From Octopus vulgaris (lineage: Eukaryota), in the NCBI GenBank assembly GCA_951406725.2, contig OX597818.1, positions 29,388,001-29,452,000 of the forward strand: a stretch of DNA of 64,000 nt. Reading direction: 5' to 3'. A model generated the notes under the pieces. That model was not told where the DNA came from and searched no databases. It worked only from the letters and a program-made list of their open reading frames with translations. Position numbers and translations under genes: made by a program. Shown here piece after piece: positions 39,675 through 54,018 of the stretch (its first letter is position 1; each line of letters begins with the position of its first letter).

Positions 39675-41175
39675 CTTTTTTTTTCAACTATTACCCCAAA
39701 ATATTACTAAGAACCACCTGTATATCATATTAATTTTTCTGTTTGATATTCCATATTTCTGATTCTGTGGCATCATCACTATTAACAAATATATATATAT
39801 ATAAGAGGAAGAAGACGATAGCATTTTTTTTTTCTAGTTTGGCACTTGGAGCAAAGGTGAGCCGTTGATTTATAGACTCGATCGGAAAAAGTCTGATTGG
39901 AAAAGTTCAACGTCCTTGTTACTGTCAGGAAATAGTCTGGTGCTCATGTTAGTAGTTCGTGTCAATAAAGAACATGGAGACGGGGTTTTGAGGGGTAATT
40001 AGTAATAATTCTTCTTGAAACATTGTGCTAAGTTTATTCTAAAAAAGATTTAAAGACCACTTTAGACGCCCGATGCGACTATTTCTTGTGATGTTCATAT
40101 GAGAAATAACCTAAAAAGCTCTTAAATCTGTTAAATTCTAATCGCTGATGATATGAGCGATATGTTCTTTTAGCGAGCCTTATGCTTATTCATTCGTGGG
40201 TGCTGTCATATTTCAAACATTATTCAAAATAGATGGTTTAATGTAGAAATACAAGACTGAATAACATAATTTGATCTGATTTGCTCAATCATTTGGAATT
40301 AGACAAGACCTATTAGAAAAGTCATGTTTTCGAGCAAACCTCTGGAGTTGGGCTGATATAAACGTATCTAAGTTAAATACAGAAAAATTTAAATAAAAAA
40401 AAACTTTTGCTTAATTTTTATGTATTTTTATCTAAGCAATTTACATATTGATAAAATTGAATATATCGAATGAAAATTTAGTATGTTGGCTACCTGATAA
40501 ATTTCAATCAATGTAAGACAACTTACACAATTGATAGAATACAGAATAGATTAGTTTTTATGTGAAAAATCATGACAATTGGTAGATAATCATCTTAAAA
40601 ACTGAGATGATACATTTCGAACTAAAGAAAGCTTAAAAGGTAATGGGAACAAAAATTTAACTTGAATAAATAAAAATATGATGTGATGTTTAGTACTCAT
40701 AGCAACCAGGAGCAATCAGACAAAAATTTTAAGTATGTTGTTTGTATCAAACTACTAATTAAACAAGAAATGACAGAATCCTTCTCAGTAAAGGAAATCT
40801 TATTAAAATGTTGAGTAGAAGGAATTAATACTGAGAGTATCCAATCTGTTTTCTATTGTCTCTTGGTCTATAAAAACATTTTCAAAAACTGGAGAAAAAA
40901 AAACAAGTGGAAGCATAAAAATATTCTCTTTTATACAAATTGTGCAAAAACAAGAACAAGTGAATTGCATTCAATTTTTTTAGACCTTGATTTTTTCATA
41001 ATTTTATTGGAACCAAAATAAAGTAGGTTTTTTTTTCCTGATTGATTGTCCCTCTTCTTTTCCCCTTGAATTTTAGAAAACAGTGTCTGGTTCATTTAAT
41101 GCATTTTATTATTTATTTGGTAAATCATTATTTGATAATACATGCGATGGCATACCAACATAAGACATTACATGT

Positions 41176-41268
<93 letters not shown>

Positions 41269-41652
41269 TGCATAGACATATATATATATATACATATCAG
41301 ATCTGGTCCCTATAGTAGAGTACATTTTTTCATAAACAACCGCTTAAAATCTTCCCACAATTAATATACTGTAGTGAACGCACATAAATGAAGTTGTGCA
41401 TTTTCATGTGTTTGTGTATTTTCGTGTGTGTGTGTGTGTGTGTGTGTGTGTCTGTGTGTGTGTGCACATACGCAAACTAACATACTTATGAATGTATGTA
41501 GAATTATATATACATAGCAAATGTATGCATACATGTATACATACATGAATTAAAAATACATTTATGCCCTCTTTTATGATCTGTGGTTTAATCTGGAAAA
41601 CAGCGACTCGTCGGTGATTGGTATGAAGCATATCTACTTTTGGTAGTTCGTC

Positions 41653-41767
41653 TCACTTTTTGCCGGGACCATCACCACTTTCAAGAAATCTCAACAGTTC
41701 TGCTAGTTCTGCAGCTTCCTGTGCAGTGCAGAGATGTTCAAAATTTGTAGTGCAACCTTTTTTTATT
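41653..41767 (-). CDS. Calcitonin-type neuropeptide precursor, last coding exon (mature peptide)
   Basis: Acceptor tattttaccag|A, then (R)IKK-GCTTNFEHLCTAQEAAELAELLRFLESGDGP-GKK-TGA. This gives a dibasic site, an N-terminal Cys pair, a helical middle and a C-terminal Pro-Gly-Lys-Lys amidation signal, the calcitonin/CGRP-family signature. Confidence 0.85.
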
Positions 41768-42793
41768 CTGGTAAAATAAATAGAATGTCATTAATTTTTG
41801 AAAAGAAATTTTGTGAATTCTTAGGTATTAAAAAGTATGAAAAACAACTATGCTACAGTTCAAGCTAACATTGAGTTCATCGTGGTCACTCGACTTGTTA
41901 GCTACCAGATCTCCCTACAAACACCTTTAAAATAAAGAAAAATAAATTGACTGATATAGTCATAAATGCATTATATCTGAAGTAAAAAAATGTGTTAGTC
42001 ATAATTGGAATATACGCTTGCTCGACCAAGGTTGGAGCTAGTCAACTGCTGGTCAAAGAGATCATAACACCGTTCCTATACTCGTAAAAGGATAGAAACC
42101 TTTCAGGAAAACTCTTCATCGCCTCTACTCTTCTGCGAAGCCGAGAACCATTGACAAATATGTTGGTTGAAACCATCAACAATTATAAGTGTTACGAAGA
42201 AGATTATAAACTCTTTATGGATGATCTAAAATTATTTATAAGTAACAAATTAAAACTGAACGGTAAATTGAAATAGTAAAATCTTGGATTTAAGACAGCC
42301 ACACATACAAGTAATTAGAACTACATTAAACAACCAGTCAAATGACTGAAACAAATAAAAGAATGAAAGAAAGAAAGAAAGAAAGAAATCAGAAGAAGCA
42401 ATTAATTCAATAAGTGGAACAGGAAAGGGAAAAAAATTAAAACTTTACTGCAGCATCTTCAACAGTAACAGCAGCAGCAGTGACAACAAATGTGGAAGCA
42501 ACAGCAACTAAAACAACAGAACACACACCAACATCAAAGGCCACATCATAGACAGCAGCAACAAAAAGAACATATAGGGGCAGGTAATATTTTGGTATAA
42601 GACCCGGGAAGAAGTACATCTTCCGAAACTGTATATGACAGAGACCTGAATATTATCTAGTATATGCATAAAATAACAAGAAAATTGAAGCAAACTGCCG
42701 AAGAATTGTTACTAATGAGACACGGAGAGAAGTTGAAATATGTCATTGAACTGGAAATAAGCAGAATATGGGATGTGAAAGTAAAAACAACAG

Positions 42794-43182
42794 TGTAGCA
42801 AGTAGCCATTTTAAAATAACGCGCCAATTGGTGGTAGCTGGCAATATGACGTAATGTCGTATTGCAAAGAAATATTATTGTCGTTTTTCCATTGGTTAAT
42901 ATAACTGCTCATATAGAGATTATAAAAGTTACTTAAAGAATATATGTGCGTGATTTCGATTCTTTTAAGTCAAGTTGAGCAGTTATAAAAACCCTGGATT
43001 TTTGGAAAAACTTTAGTGTTTGTTGGATGTAACTGAACTCCACGACACTCACTCCTTTGAGACATTGGTGATTTTCATACCATGTCCAAGGAAAATCCAA
43101 CAAGTTTTATTTGAATTGTTGTGATTCATTTATTAGTTAGATTTATGAATTAGTTAGTGAAATATATAGTCGTACTTCTACA
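42794..43182 (+). mobile_element. Solo-LTR-like element; first ~120 bp repeated at 44038-44160
   Basis: TGTAG..CTACA termini, with CCAAT, TGACGTAA and TATAAAA motifs. No TSD seen. Confidence 0.45.
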
Positions 43183-43641
43183 CGACGAAAATTATCTTTT
43201 CTTTCACATGTACATAATACAAAATGTTATATTTATATAATAAAACTAATTAAGAAAATGTTTTCTCTTCACGTTCTTCAACTGTGTATTATGCATTTCT
43301 GTAATCATTAAATTGTATTTTCTTATAGCGGTTAAATGAACACGAAGATAATATTATACATACATGACGCTAATATTTGTTAGCGTTCCATAAAGTATAT
43401 TTCTCTATGGCGTTATATACTGTAATTCGGATTTGCGTATAATGATAACACTTAAGTTATAAGTGACGTTTTAATCATTATATACACCCTTACTTTAAAA
43501 GCCAGATAAAATAATCTATTTCCAAATAGGAAACACAATAAATAGCATTACATTACTGTAACAAAACTAATTAGAGAATATACGATATAAATATAACCTA
43601 AGTGAAAGCTCATGGTTGCTTAAAACCGCTTATAGGAAAAT

Positions 43642-43683
43642 TGGTGACCCCGACGTGATCCGAACACGCAGCCTTCTGATCTG
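43642..43683 (-). pseudogene. tRNA-Trp 3' half with CCA end
   Basis: Minus strand CAGATCAGAAGGCTGCGTGTTCGGATCACGTCGGGGTCACCA matches the metazoan tRNA-Trp 3' half plus CCA. Confidence 0.85.
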
Positions 43684-43778
43684 TGAAAAAGACTAGAAGT
43701 GGCAGAATTGTACATTTTCCCAAAAAACTTCCTCAGTTTGTTTGAGGATTTTCAAAATTTTTTTTTATATATTCCTGG

Positions 43779-43820
<42 letters not shown>

Positions 43821-44424
43821 GATTTTTTTTCCAGTGAACTGAAATGAACTGTATATAAACATTATAATTGTAAAGCCGTATTGAAAGGTTAATTTCATTT
43901 GTTTAACATGTAATTTATAAATGCATTGTATATATTGATGTGTTATAACTATTAATTCAAATGTTGTTTTGAAATATATATGTATTACGAATTTCTTTTT
44001 CTCAAAATGTTAACAATTTTTCTGGCCAAGGGCTGAATGTAGTAAGTAGCCATTTTAAAATAACGCGCCAATTGGTGGTAGCTGGCAATATGACGTAATG
44101 TCGTATTGCCAAAGAAATATTATTGTCGTTTTTCCATTGGTTAATATAACTGCTCATATAACATCAATAATAATAATAAAAATAAGAATAATAATAACAA
44201 TAATAACAACAACAACAACAACAACAATAATAATAATAATAATAATAATGGCTTCAAATTTTGGTACAAGGCCAGCAATATCAAGTCGATAACATCGACC
44301 CGAGTGTTCAACTTGTACTTATTATATCGACCCCGAAAGGATGAAAAGTAATGTCGACCTCGGTGGAATTTGAACTCAGAACGTAAAGGTGGACGAAATG
44401 CTAACGACTCTTCCAACACGCCGC

Positions 44425-44486
<62 letters not shown>

Positions 44487-44779
44487 TGATGATGATGATG
44501 ATGAAATATTCGCCCTTCAAGGATGAATTGTGGAATCTTAAATAACTAAATTTCATAATTTTAAAGTAAAAAAACAATATGGCTTCCCAAATTGAATGGG
44601 GAAAGGGCTCTTGCAACAGCTATCATGAAGATAGTTTTCCTCCATTAACTACTGAAAAGGTGTATATAACAACAACTACAATAACAACAACAGCAACAGA
44701 AACAAACGCGTAAATGAAACGTGGCGCTCAACATCGCAGAATCCATCCAGCAACAAACCAACCTTAACACATATATAAA

Positions 44780-45720
44780 ACTATAACAAATAAAAGTAAA
44801 ATTTTAATTTGTGCTGCGACACGTCTGACTCAGCAAAGCATACATAACCAGGGGGATAAAATTCAGAATGGTAGGGGTGACTTTCTCTATAGAATATGAG
44901 CCCAAAACGCACTCCATTGTCACCCTAACGAGTAACGAACTGGTCCTCACATCAATTTACTTAGACCGTAGAGTTTTTAAAATAAAAATAGTCGACGTGC
45001 TCCCAGAAGTCAACAGCTGATGGTTAGTGGCCCTCTTCGACACAAAAGAGAAGACTAATATTCTACATGTCCAGAAGCTGCAGGGAAATATTGGTCGGGC
45101 TAGAGGATAGAGCTACTGATCCAAACGGTTCACCAAAGCATCGAAACTTTCTTGAACGTAATAAATCTACCAGACAGCACAAAATTACATGTGACCATTG
45201 AGAGCAGAAAGCTGAGGCGTTACTTATGCGTTGACACAAACTCCATCAAGGCTTTCTGTTTACAATAAAGGGAAGAAGAGAGACCACCTCTTCTGCTGAC
45301 ACCATCACCACAAAAATAACAATACTAACAACAAAAATAGTAGTAGCAGCACTAACAGCATCAATAACAACAAGATTAAAACTAACAGCCGTGGAAACAG
45401 AAGTAATACTAGCAGTAGCAAAAGTGACTGCAGCATTTTTAACAGTAACAGCAGCAGCAGCAGTAACAACAAATGTGGAAGTAACAGCAACTAAAACAAC
45501 AGAACACACACCAACATCAAAGGCCACATCACAGACAGCAGCAACAAAAACAACAGAGACCCTCAAAACAACTGCAACTATATCAACAAAAGAACACCCC
45601 CAAACCTCCCAAGACACACCATATTGACATGCCATGTGGTGAAGATGATGATGAGGACACCAAATGGCATATGCTAACAAATGCAGAAAAAGAAACAAAA
45701 ATATACCAATCCAAAAAAAA
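44780..45720 (+). mobile_element. Degenerate L1/Tx1-like ORF1 region with Thr/Ala-rich tail (part duplicated at 42437-42570)
   Basis: Stop-ridden coding-like sequence and low-complexity tract, upstream of L1-like ORF2 remnants. Confidence 0.45.
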
Positions 45721-45939
45721 CTTGGAGATACGAACAAATTGGGGAGGTGACTTCAAGTAAAGATACAGTAATACCACTCCCAAACATTTTACCGTGACGG
45801 CTGACAAAAGAGACGAAGTGTTGCTAAAAGCCGATAACAGCCGCGGAAACACAGGAAGTGATGATTGGTTGCACGGGCAGCAAGAAAATTGCCTGAATTG
45901 GATAGTCTGCCTATAAGCTTTATATGCCAGGCTTGTTTG

Positions 45940-46760
45940 GAGGCTTCTTGGTGTTCCGTTATCCGATACTATAGTGTCCAGGACACCGTATCGCGCAAAA
46001 AGTTCGTGAAGGAACCTTATTGTCACCTTCGAGGTTGGTTTACTGCATTTACATATCTCCGGCCACTTGGTATAGTTGTGTGCCATGATCAGATAATACG
46101 CGCCGTTTACCGGTCCAGCAAAATCTATATGTAGCCTGAACCACGTACTATCTGTTTGGAATTTCACCGGTAATGACTATGCTGCGAGAGCTCAACCTCT
46201 GCAGGATTTCACCAACTGTTCAATATCACGGTCCATAGTAAGTCAATACACGTAACTCCTCATTATTGATTTCATTCTTGAAATCCCTGGATGTCCCATA
46301 TGAACTTCACTTAGTACACGTTTATGTAGTGCGGCTGGCACTACAACTTTTTTTGCGTACTTCAATACATTATCACACAGAGAAAAATGGTTCGCAATTT
46401 TACGTCTATTTTTATTTTATTTTACCTTCAACGTTTCTTTCATCTTAGCAATGAATTTGTCATTCTCCGACTTTAATTTTATATCTTGAACAGTTACTGG
46501 CAGCCTCCAGAATGACGTGACACAAATATGTTTTTTATTTCATTTTCCGCTCGCAACGCAGCAATCACGGTATCTTCGAATAGTTCCGTATTTTTTTGAA
46601 TTAGCCTTGATAAGCAATCCCAACTTCTTGGATGGTATATACTCCACCGTAAAGTCGTAATTCAACAATATCGTGCCCCAGCATTGTAACCTATTTGTAG
46701 TATGGGTAGGAATTCCTTTCTTTGACCCAAAAATTGATAATAATTGTCGGTGGTTAGTTC
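45940..46760 (-). mobile_element. Gypsy RNase H/integrase remnant
   Basis: LLSIFGSKKGIP..RLQCWG..YDF; GHPGISRMK; RLHIDFAGP..FARYG..TIVSDNGT. Confidence 0.85.
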
Positions 46761-47699
46761 TTGATGATACACCGCTCTTTTGTTCTTGCGAGAGACAATA
46801 TCATTTTAGACGCACAATAGGATTTAACTGTTAAAAGATGGTTGGTAAAAGCGTCGCAAACTTGTTCGGGCAGTTTTAACCGCCTGATAGTTATCGACTG
46901 GAATTCTCGAATATACAAGTGTAGACTGTGCATCGGCCATCCAGAATGTTACTGAAACGGGCTTTTGTGAGGTCAGCGGAAGGGACTGTGTAGAGTGTTC
47001 ACAGTTTTAACAGTTGTGTACACTGACTCAAAATATGTGACCTGCACCCTCGACCTAGATAAGACACATAAACAATGATACAAGCTCCCGGAATCTGAGT
47101 GACGAATTAGGTTAGGCAATCAACTTGATTAATGAATTAGATAAATGAATTAGTTAAGAGCTAATTGACAGAAGTATTCGTCAACATCCTGTGGTGGAAC
47201 GCTTTGAAAAGATTGATTGCAGATGAATTAATAAAGTTTGCTAAAGAACTGCCGAAAGAAGAAAATAGGTTAGGCTCAGGGTTAGGAAATTAAAATTATC
47301 GATTACGAAAAGTATCGGTACCGGTGTGCTAGAGATGAGGATGGCGCACCATTTTCTGAATGTAGCGCTCGAAGATTGCATTGTTTGAGGTGAAGCATAC
47401 GTTCTTAAACACGAAAGAAAAAAAGTCGTACGATTGTTTCCACATTGCAGACATGGAAACAAAGCTCCAGTTAGATCTCTGACGGACCGGGAAGCGCGCG
47501 TGCTACTCGACTTGAGATGTGTGCAGCTTTTCAGTGGCATTTTGTTCAACTGTTTAGAGAAGACAATGAACTGGAGACGATAGTAAACTTTAGTTCCCAC
47601 CATAACGCCCTGCAGAGGATAAGGAATATTGTGAAAAGTCGATAACAGTAGCGAGGTACAGTTAGTAGTATGCAGTTGTATGGGGGTCAAATCACTTAG

Positions 47700-49138
47700 T
47701 TTTGATGATTTGTCTTATAAGCTTTACATATATATTCCTGAGTTGTTCACCGACCTCTGGACAGACATCTCCTGCAACTGAAAGCAAGAATGGGCCAATT
47801 CCCGGTTATATGGACCGGAAAGTAATAGCTTCGCCACTGAAGTTACGCAAGTAAGGTATACGTAATTGATAACTTCCGGTTAATATCTCTACTGAAAGCA
47901 GAGTTTAAGATTTTAACCAAAGAGCTAGCAAAGAGATCGGTACTTCTCTTTAGTAAGGCAGTTGTGAAAGAGCAAACCTGCACGATCCCAAGCAGATCTA
48001 TCTACGATATCCTCCTCATAGTGCAATACACCTTAGAAAGGATAGATTCTGCGGATCTCTGATCCATTCGCATCAACACAAAACTTCCGATAGTATATAT
48101 CAACGTTATTTAGCGACTGCCATTAAGATAGTCGGTTTTGATTCCATTTTCCAGAAGTTACTTTAATTTTTGTAGGTGATCAGGTGTGGTTATTCTCTTT
48201 CAATAACTCGTCTTTTTGACAGGATTGCACTCGTAAGACAGATGAAGATTGAGCACCTGATAGCTGGAATATTCTCAACCTCTCACAACTCTATACTTGT
48301 TCATTAATGTATTCGGTGGAAGCTACACGTTAACAATCTTTAGAAGATTAGAGATGGGCAAGAGCGATAACGTTCTCATAAAGAAACTGAGTGTTGACGA
48401 GAATTAACTGATTGGTCTATTCTAGAATACTTCGGCTCGGTGACTATGGATAACGTTTAGGATTTCCTGGTCTGACAGTACTACAGAAGTACATTGCTGG
48501 CTCGAAATAAACTTTACAGGCACGGATGTGCCGTTAACCAAGCCTGTCCGTGCTACATGCATTCGTTCAGGGTACTGACTTGTGGAGGATTGTCGAACAG
48601 CGTTTTTCACGCGTAGGGCGTATGTAGTTGGCAATCGAGTTCAACGTAAAAATCACCGCGATCCTTTGGCCGCAAAAGATAAGCAAATTTTCTCTGTCTA
48701 CTGTCTACTTGGCGAAAATGGTTGTGTTGAGGATGCAACTGAAAAGATTGATGACAGACACTTTTCGTTTAGGCCATCGATTTTTTAAAGTTTCACTTTA
48801 AGATAGGGTGAAGGAGGTGCTTCCCTCCTCCCCAGTTCCCCAGTAAATTTGTGCAAGATGGTGTTGAACATGACCTGCATGAATGGACCTGCTCTCAGCA
48901 TGTTTCTTTAAATTGAGGATTGGCTACTGGAAGATGGCACTTGTCGTTGATGTTTAAGAAATATTGACTCTATGGGTTTCTTTGGTCGGTTTTAAGTCGT
49001 TGCCCCTCACCTAATGGGGAATCTTCCCTGTTCATATTTTATTGTTTTGTTATTTTTTACATGCACGATTGTCTTTGTATTCCATCTTTTGTATTGTCTC
49101 CCAATATTTTGGAGTCCTTGTGGCAAATGAAGAATGGA
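47700..49138 (+). mobile_element. Degenerate L1/Tx1-like ORF2 and 3' UTR
   Basis: ISLLKAEFKILTKELAKR..EQTCTIPSRSIYD. 3' end gtggcaaatgaagaa resembles the 3' end of the 54019 element. Confidence 0.65.
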
Positions 49139-49489
49139 TTATTATTATTGTTATTATTATTATTATTATTGTTGTTGTTGTTACTGGTGAGCTGGCAGAA
49201 TCGTTAGCACGCTGGACGAAATGCCTGTCACTACGTTATGAGTTCAAATTCCGGCGAGGTTGACTTCGCTTTTAACCGTCCGGAGTCGATAAGTACCAGT
49301 GAAACACTGGGTTCGATGTAATAGACTAGTTCCCTCCCCCGAAATTGCTGCCCTTATGGCAAAATTTAAAATCAGTTTTATTAGTGTTTATTTTTGTCCT
49401 CCATATGTTCACCGCTTAGTTCTCAGCAATGCTTTGAATTTGAGAGATACGACAGATACTTTGAAAAGTTGAGAGATACGACAGGTTAG

Positions 49490-49757
49490 CTTGAGAAGTT
49501 AAGCAGTTGTGGTCGATGAAAAAGGCAGCATTAATATAATACCAATAATAGTCGGAGCCATGGGAACAGTGAGAAAAATCTCGAGAAGTATGTGGAACAA
49601 ATATGGACTGCAATAAGGGTGGAGCACTTTCAGAAAACAGCACCGCTCGAATACTCTGGAAGGTGCTCGAAGAATAAGGGGTGTTACCTTAGTTCACTGG
49701 TAGTGAACAGCTGACACTGTAGTACATCTCCAGCATTAGAAGCTGTGCAAAGGCAAT
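49490..49757 (+). mobile_element. R4/Dong-like 3' fragment 1
   Basis: IIPIIVGAMGTV..QKTA, then 3' UTR and (AAC)n(AAT)n. Confidence 0.7.
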
Positions 49758-49760
49758 GAT

Positions 49761-49802
<42 letters not shown>

Positions 49803-49820
49803 AATAATAATAATAATAAT

Positions 49821-50593
49821 ACATGTCGTGTATGCCGACAACAAAATGAAACCATTGATCATGTTGTCTCCAAATGCAGTCTTTAAGCGCCTACAGAGTA
49901 CCTCAACAGGCATGATAGAGCTGCACAATATATTCACTGGGTAATTTGCAAAAACCTGGATTTGCCCCATGAAAAAAACTGGTGGGAACACAATCTACCT
50001 CCAGTGCTTGAAAATGACCACATCTCACTCCTCTGGAACTTCACCATTCAAACTGACAGAAAGATAGATGCAAATAGGCCAGACATCATATTGAAAGACT
50101 TCAGACAAAGAACATGCCTCCTCATTGATATGACTGTCCCAATCGATATAAACGTATCTGTCAAGACCTACCAAAAACTGAGCAAATATAAAGATCTTGA
50201 AATAGAAATCAGCAAAATGTGGAACCTGAAGACTAAAACAATACCTGTTGTCATAGGTGCCCTGGGAATGATAGCGAAAGGGGCTGATTGCTACTTAACT
50301 CAGATACCAGGAAACCCCAAAATGGCAGAAATTCAAAAGATAGTGCTCATGGGAACTGCTCATATCCTACGCAAAATACTCTCTATGTAATCCCAAGGTT
50401 TAAAACAAACTTTTTTTAAATTTTTTAAAAAAATTTATTTATTAGACATTCACTAGTACAACACCCCAAAAAAAAACAAATATATGGCACACTAGGCATA
50501 ACAACAACGTGAACTTCCAACCTGTTGTCTCTTGAGGTCTCTGGCTGAGACTTGGAGCCAACTTGTACAGACATAAAGCAAAAGTCAAGCATA
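49821..50593 (+). mobile_element. R4/Dong-like 3' fragment 2
   Basis: RHDRAA, LWNFTIQTDRKIDANRPDII..IDMTVP..K..KY..IPVVIGALG..GTAHILRKIL, then (AAT)n. Confidence 0.92.
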
Positions 50594-50678
<85 letters not shown>

Positions 50679-50724
50679 TATAATTATAATAATAATAACA
50701 ATAACAACAATAATAATGATAATA

Positions 50725-51974
50725 AGTCAAGGTCAATGAGGCATATCAAAAAAGGGTGAAGATGGTGTTGAAATCCAACCTGAAAGCCAAAAATTTGATT
50801 ACCGCAATGAATATCTGGGCAGTTGCGGTGGTCAGATATAGCGCGTCAACCCTCAAATGGACTAAGGAGGAAATATCAACACTGGATAAAAGGACGAAAA
50901 CATTGATGACGCTGCATGGGACGCTACACCCTAAAGCAAACGTAAACAGTCTATATATGAAAAGAAAGAATGGTGGCAGAGGACTAATTAGTATAGACCA
51001 TTGTATAAGGAGTGAAAGGAGAACGCTTGCTGAGTATTTGATAAATAGTGATGAAGACCTGCTGCAATATGCCGCGAAAGATATGAGTGTAAATGCAGAT
51101 GACATTATGGCAAAGCAGAGTTTAACCAAAGAGCTGAGAAGAAAAGAAGACCTTGAAATGAGAATACATGGTCAGCTTGAAAGGAATACACAAGACGTTA
51201 AGGATAATACAGCATCGTGGGCATGGCTTGAGCGAGGTGATTTGAAGCGTACCACCGAAAGTCTGATCATTGCTGCACAAGACCAGGCACTTGCTACCAA
51301 TTCAGTGAAGTATAACATCTATAAAACTTCTGACACCCAGAAATGCAGACTCTGTAGAAAGAGTGTGAAAATATGACACACTTCAGAGCCTTGCACAAAA
51401 AGAATACAAACGCCACCACGATAGAGTTTGTACTTTCATTGGCTCTTGTGCCATAAATACCAATATGAAGTGACAGAGAACAGGTGTGAGCATGTACCAA
51501 GTAAAGTTATGCAGAAGGATGAAAAAGTAACGATATTCTGGGACTATGATTTTCAGATGGATCGTGTAATCGAACACCGTCGGCCGGATATTGTCATATT
51601 GAATAAGAGAGAGATAAATACTGTCAGATCATTGATGTAGCCATACCAAATAATATGAATGTAGTGAGTAAAGAAGTTGAAAAAATCACCAAGTACTCCG
51701 AATTGAAAGTGGAAATGGCAATATTGTATGGAATGCGAGAGGGTAATGTAAAAGTGATACCACTGGTGATCAGGGCGTTAGGCTCAATCCTATTGAAACT
51801 CCAAAACTTCTTAAGGCAACAGGAAATCCCATGCAAGATTGATGTCTTGCAAAAAGCAGCCTTATTGGGCACAACGCACATCTTAAGGAAAGTATTATCT
51901 GTCCGAGGTCCTCGTTGTGACTTGACAGATGACTAAAGACTCCAATGCGTTTTTATCTACACTGTGTGACGAAG

Positions 51975-51975
<1 letters not shown>
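50725..51975 (+). mobile_element. R4/Dong-like 3' fragment 3
   Basis: LYMKRKNGGRGL, IIAAQDQAL, CRLC, RRPDIV, GTTHILRKVL, then (AAT)n. Confidence 0.92.
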
Positions 51976-52057
<82 letters not shown>

Positions 52058-52117
52058 GTAATAATAATAATAATAAGAAGAAGAAGAAGAAGAAGAAGAA
52101 TAAGAATAATAATAAAA

Positions 52118-52330
52118 GATTCAGACATATACATAACAAAAACACCAGGACTTACAAATATATATAACATACAGAAAATTGCACTACTGGGCACTGCACA
52201 CATCCTATGCAAAACACTTTCAACAGAGTAACCATAAGAGCATCACAGCAAACCACAACACATACCCAAGGCACACAGAGCTGCGCTCTGTAGTAAAGTG
52301 AAAGCACGTTATAAAAATGAAACTACTGAA
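52118..52330 (+). mobile_element. R4/Dong-like 3' fragment 4
   Basis: TPGLTNIYNIQKIALLGTAHIL, then 3' UTR and (AAT)n. Confidence 0.85.
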
Positions 52331-52799
52331 TAATAATAATAATGAGGATAATAATAATAATAATAATAATCCTTTCTACTATAGGCACAAGGCCTGAAAT
52401 GTGGGGGAGAGGACTAGTCGATTACATCGACTCCGGTATTTCACTGGTACTTAATTTATCATGCCCGAAAGGATGAAAGGCAAAGTCGGCCTCAGCGGAA
52501 TTTGAACTTCAGAACATAGCAACGGGCGAAATACCGTTAAGTATGAACATGTTTAAACTTGAAAAATTTTATGAAAATATTATACGTTTAGGATTTTTAT
52601 AAAATCTGGATTCATCCATCCACCATTCACCTTCTTCGATCACTATTCCTGGTAGGATTGCTAGGAAAGAGTCTTCAGGCACCTCTTCCACAGGGTCCTA
52701 TGAGAAGCAGCCGTCATTAAACATTTCTGTTGGATTCCCAACTGAGACTAAGGATATTATCAACCATCTCTCTCGTGGTCTATTACTATCTATTCCGTC

Positions 52800-53110
52800 A
52801 GTCAGCTTAGCTTGAAGAATCTGTCTGCGATCTTTTCCTGTGACATAGTATCCATATGTTCGTAGTACTGGACAGGTAGCGACTCAGACTGGAGAGCGTC
52901 TCTGATCTCAGAGTACCGTTACTCCAGAGATCAATTCGGAGGAATCCCATTTCGGCCGCTTGCATTCACGATCTTAATCATTTGATCTAACATTCATGAG
53001 CATAGGTGAGAATAGATACGAAAACCAAACTGAATACAGCAAGTTTGGCTTTTTTACCATTTTCTATTCTGAGGATCGAATACTGAACCTGGCACATTAC
53101 TGTATCGGCA
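52800..53110 (-). mobile_element. RTE-type LINE remnant
   Basis: KAKLAVFSLVFVSILTYAHEC, a post-RT motif. Confidence 0.6.
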
Positions 53111-53519
53111 CTTGCAAGTCTAGCATATAATTCAGTGGAAAGACAGTTTCCATAACAAATTATGCACGTTGTTGCTGTTGTTATCCAAGGTAACCAACCC
53201 AAAAGTTTGTATATCAGGAGGTACCCTGTTCAAAATACTCGTATTATTATTTAACCTTAGGTCAGTTTTTATCAAATATGCCTATAATGAAAGATACCCT
53301 AACCATGACTCTCCAGTCTTTTTCAGGCATATTGTACCCCTGGACAACAGTATCTAATGTGTCCTTTTTAAGGAAGGGTGCCATCTGAATGAGCTTTGAC
53401 AGTTCCTATTTCTAGCTGCTCAAACGACCATATAGAAGCTCCTTCATTGTCCTTTATTTAGCATGACATGACGTAGTCTGGAAGAGATTTGTCAGCATTT
53501 ATAGCAGGCTGAGCGATAA

Positions 53520-53550
<31 letters not shown>

Positions 53551-53971
53551 CTCTTTCTCTCTCTCACACATCCACACCCACACAATGTACTCACACTCAG
53601 ACTCACAAACACAATGCACTCACACACACGCGCACACACATACACACAATGCACTCACTCGCATGCACAGTCACACGCACTCAAACACATATGGAGACAT
53701 TTGGTATTAGTATGGGTAAAAAGACTGAAATGACAAAAAGGCGTTCATATAGACAGACAGACAAGACAGGCAGACAGACAGACAGAGAGTCGGGCAGATG
53801 GGCAGACGGGCAGACGGACAGACAGACAAACAGATAGGCAAACAGATAGGCAAACAGATAGACAAGCAGAAAGACGGGCAGACGGACATACAGGCAAACA
53901 GATTAACAAACAGGCAGGCAGACAGACAGACAGACAGACAGATAGATAGATATATATATATATATATATAT

Positions 53972-54018
<47 letters not shown>

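Noticed and set aside
45246-45737. Thr/Ala-rich mucin-like or Val-rich membrane-like ORFs
   Set aside because: Low-complexity part of a dispersed repeat, duplicated at 42437-42570.
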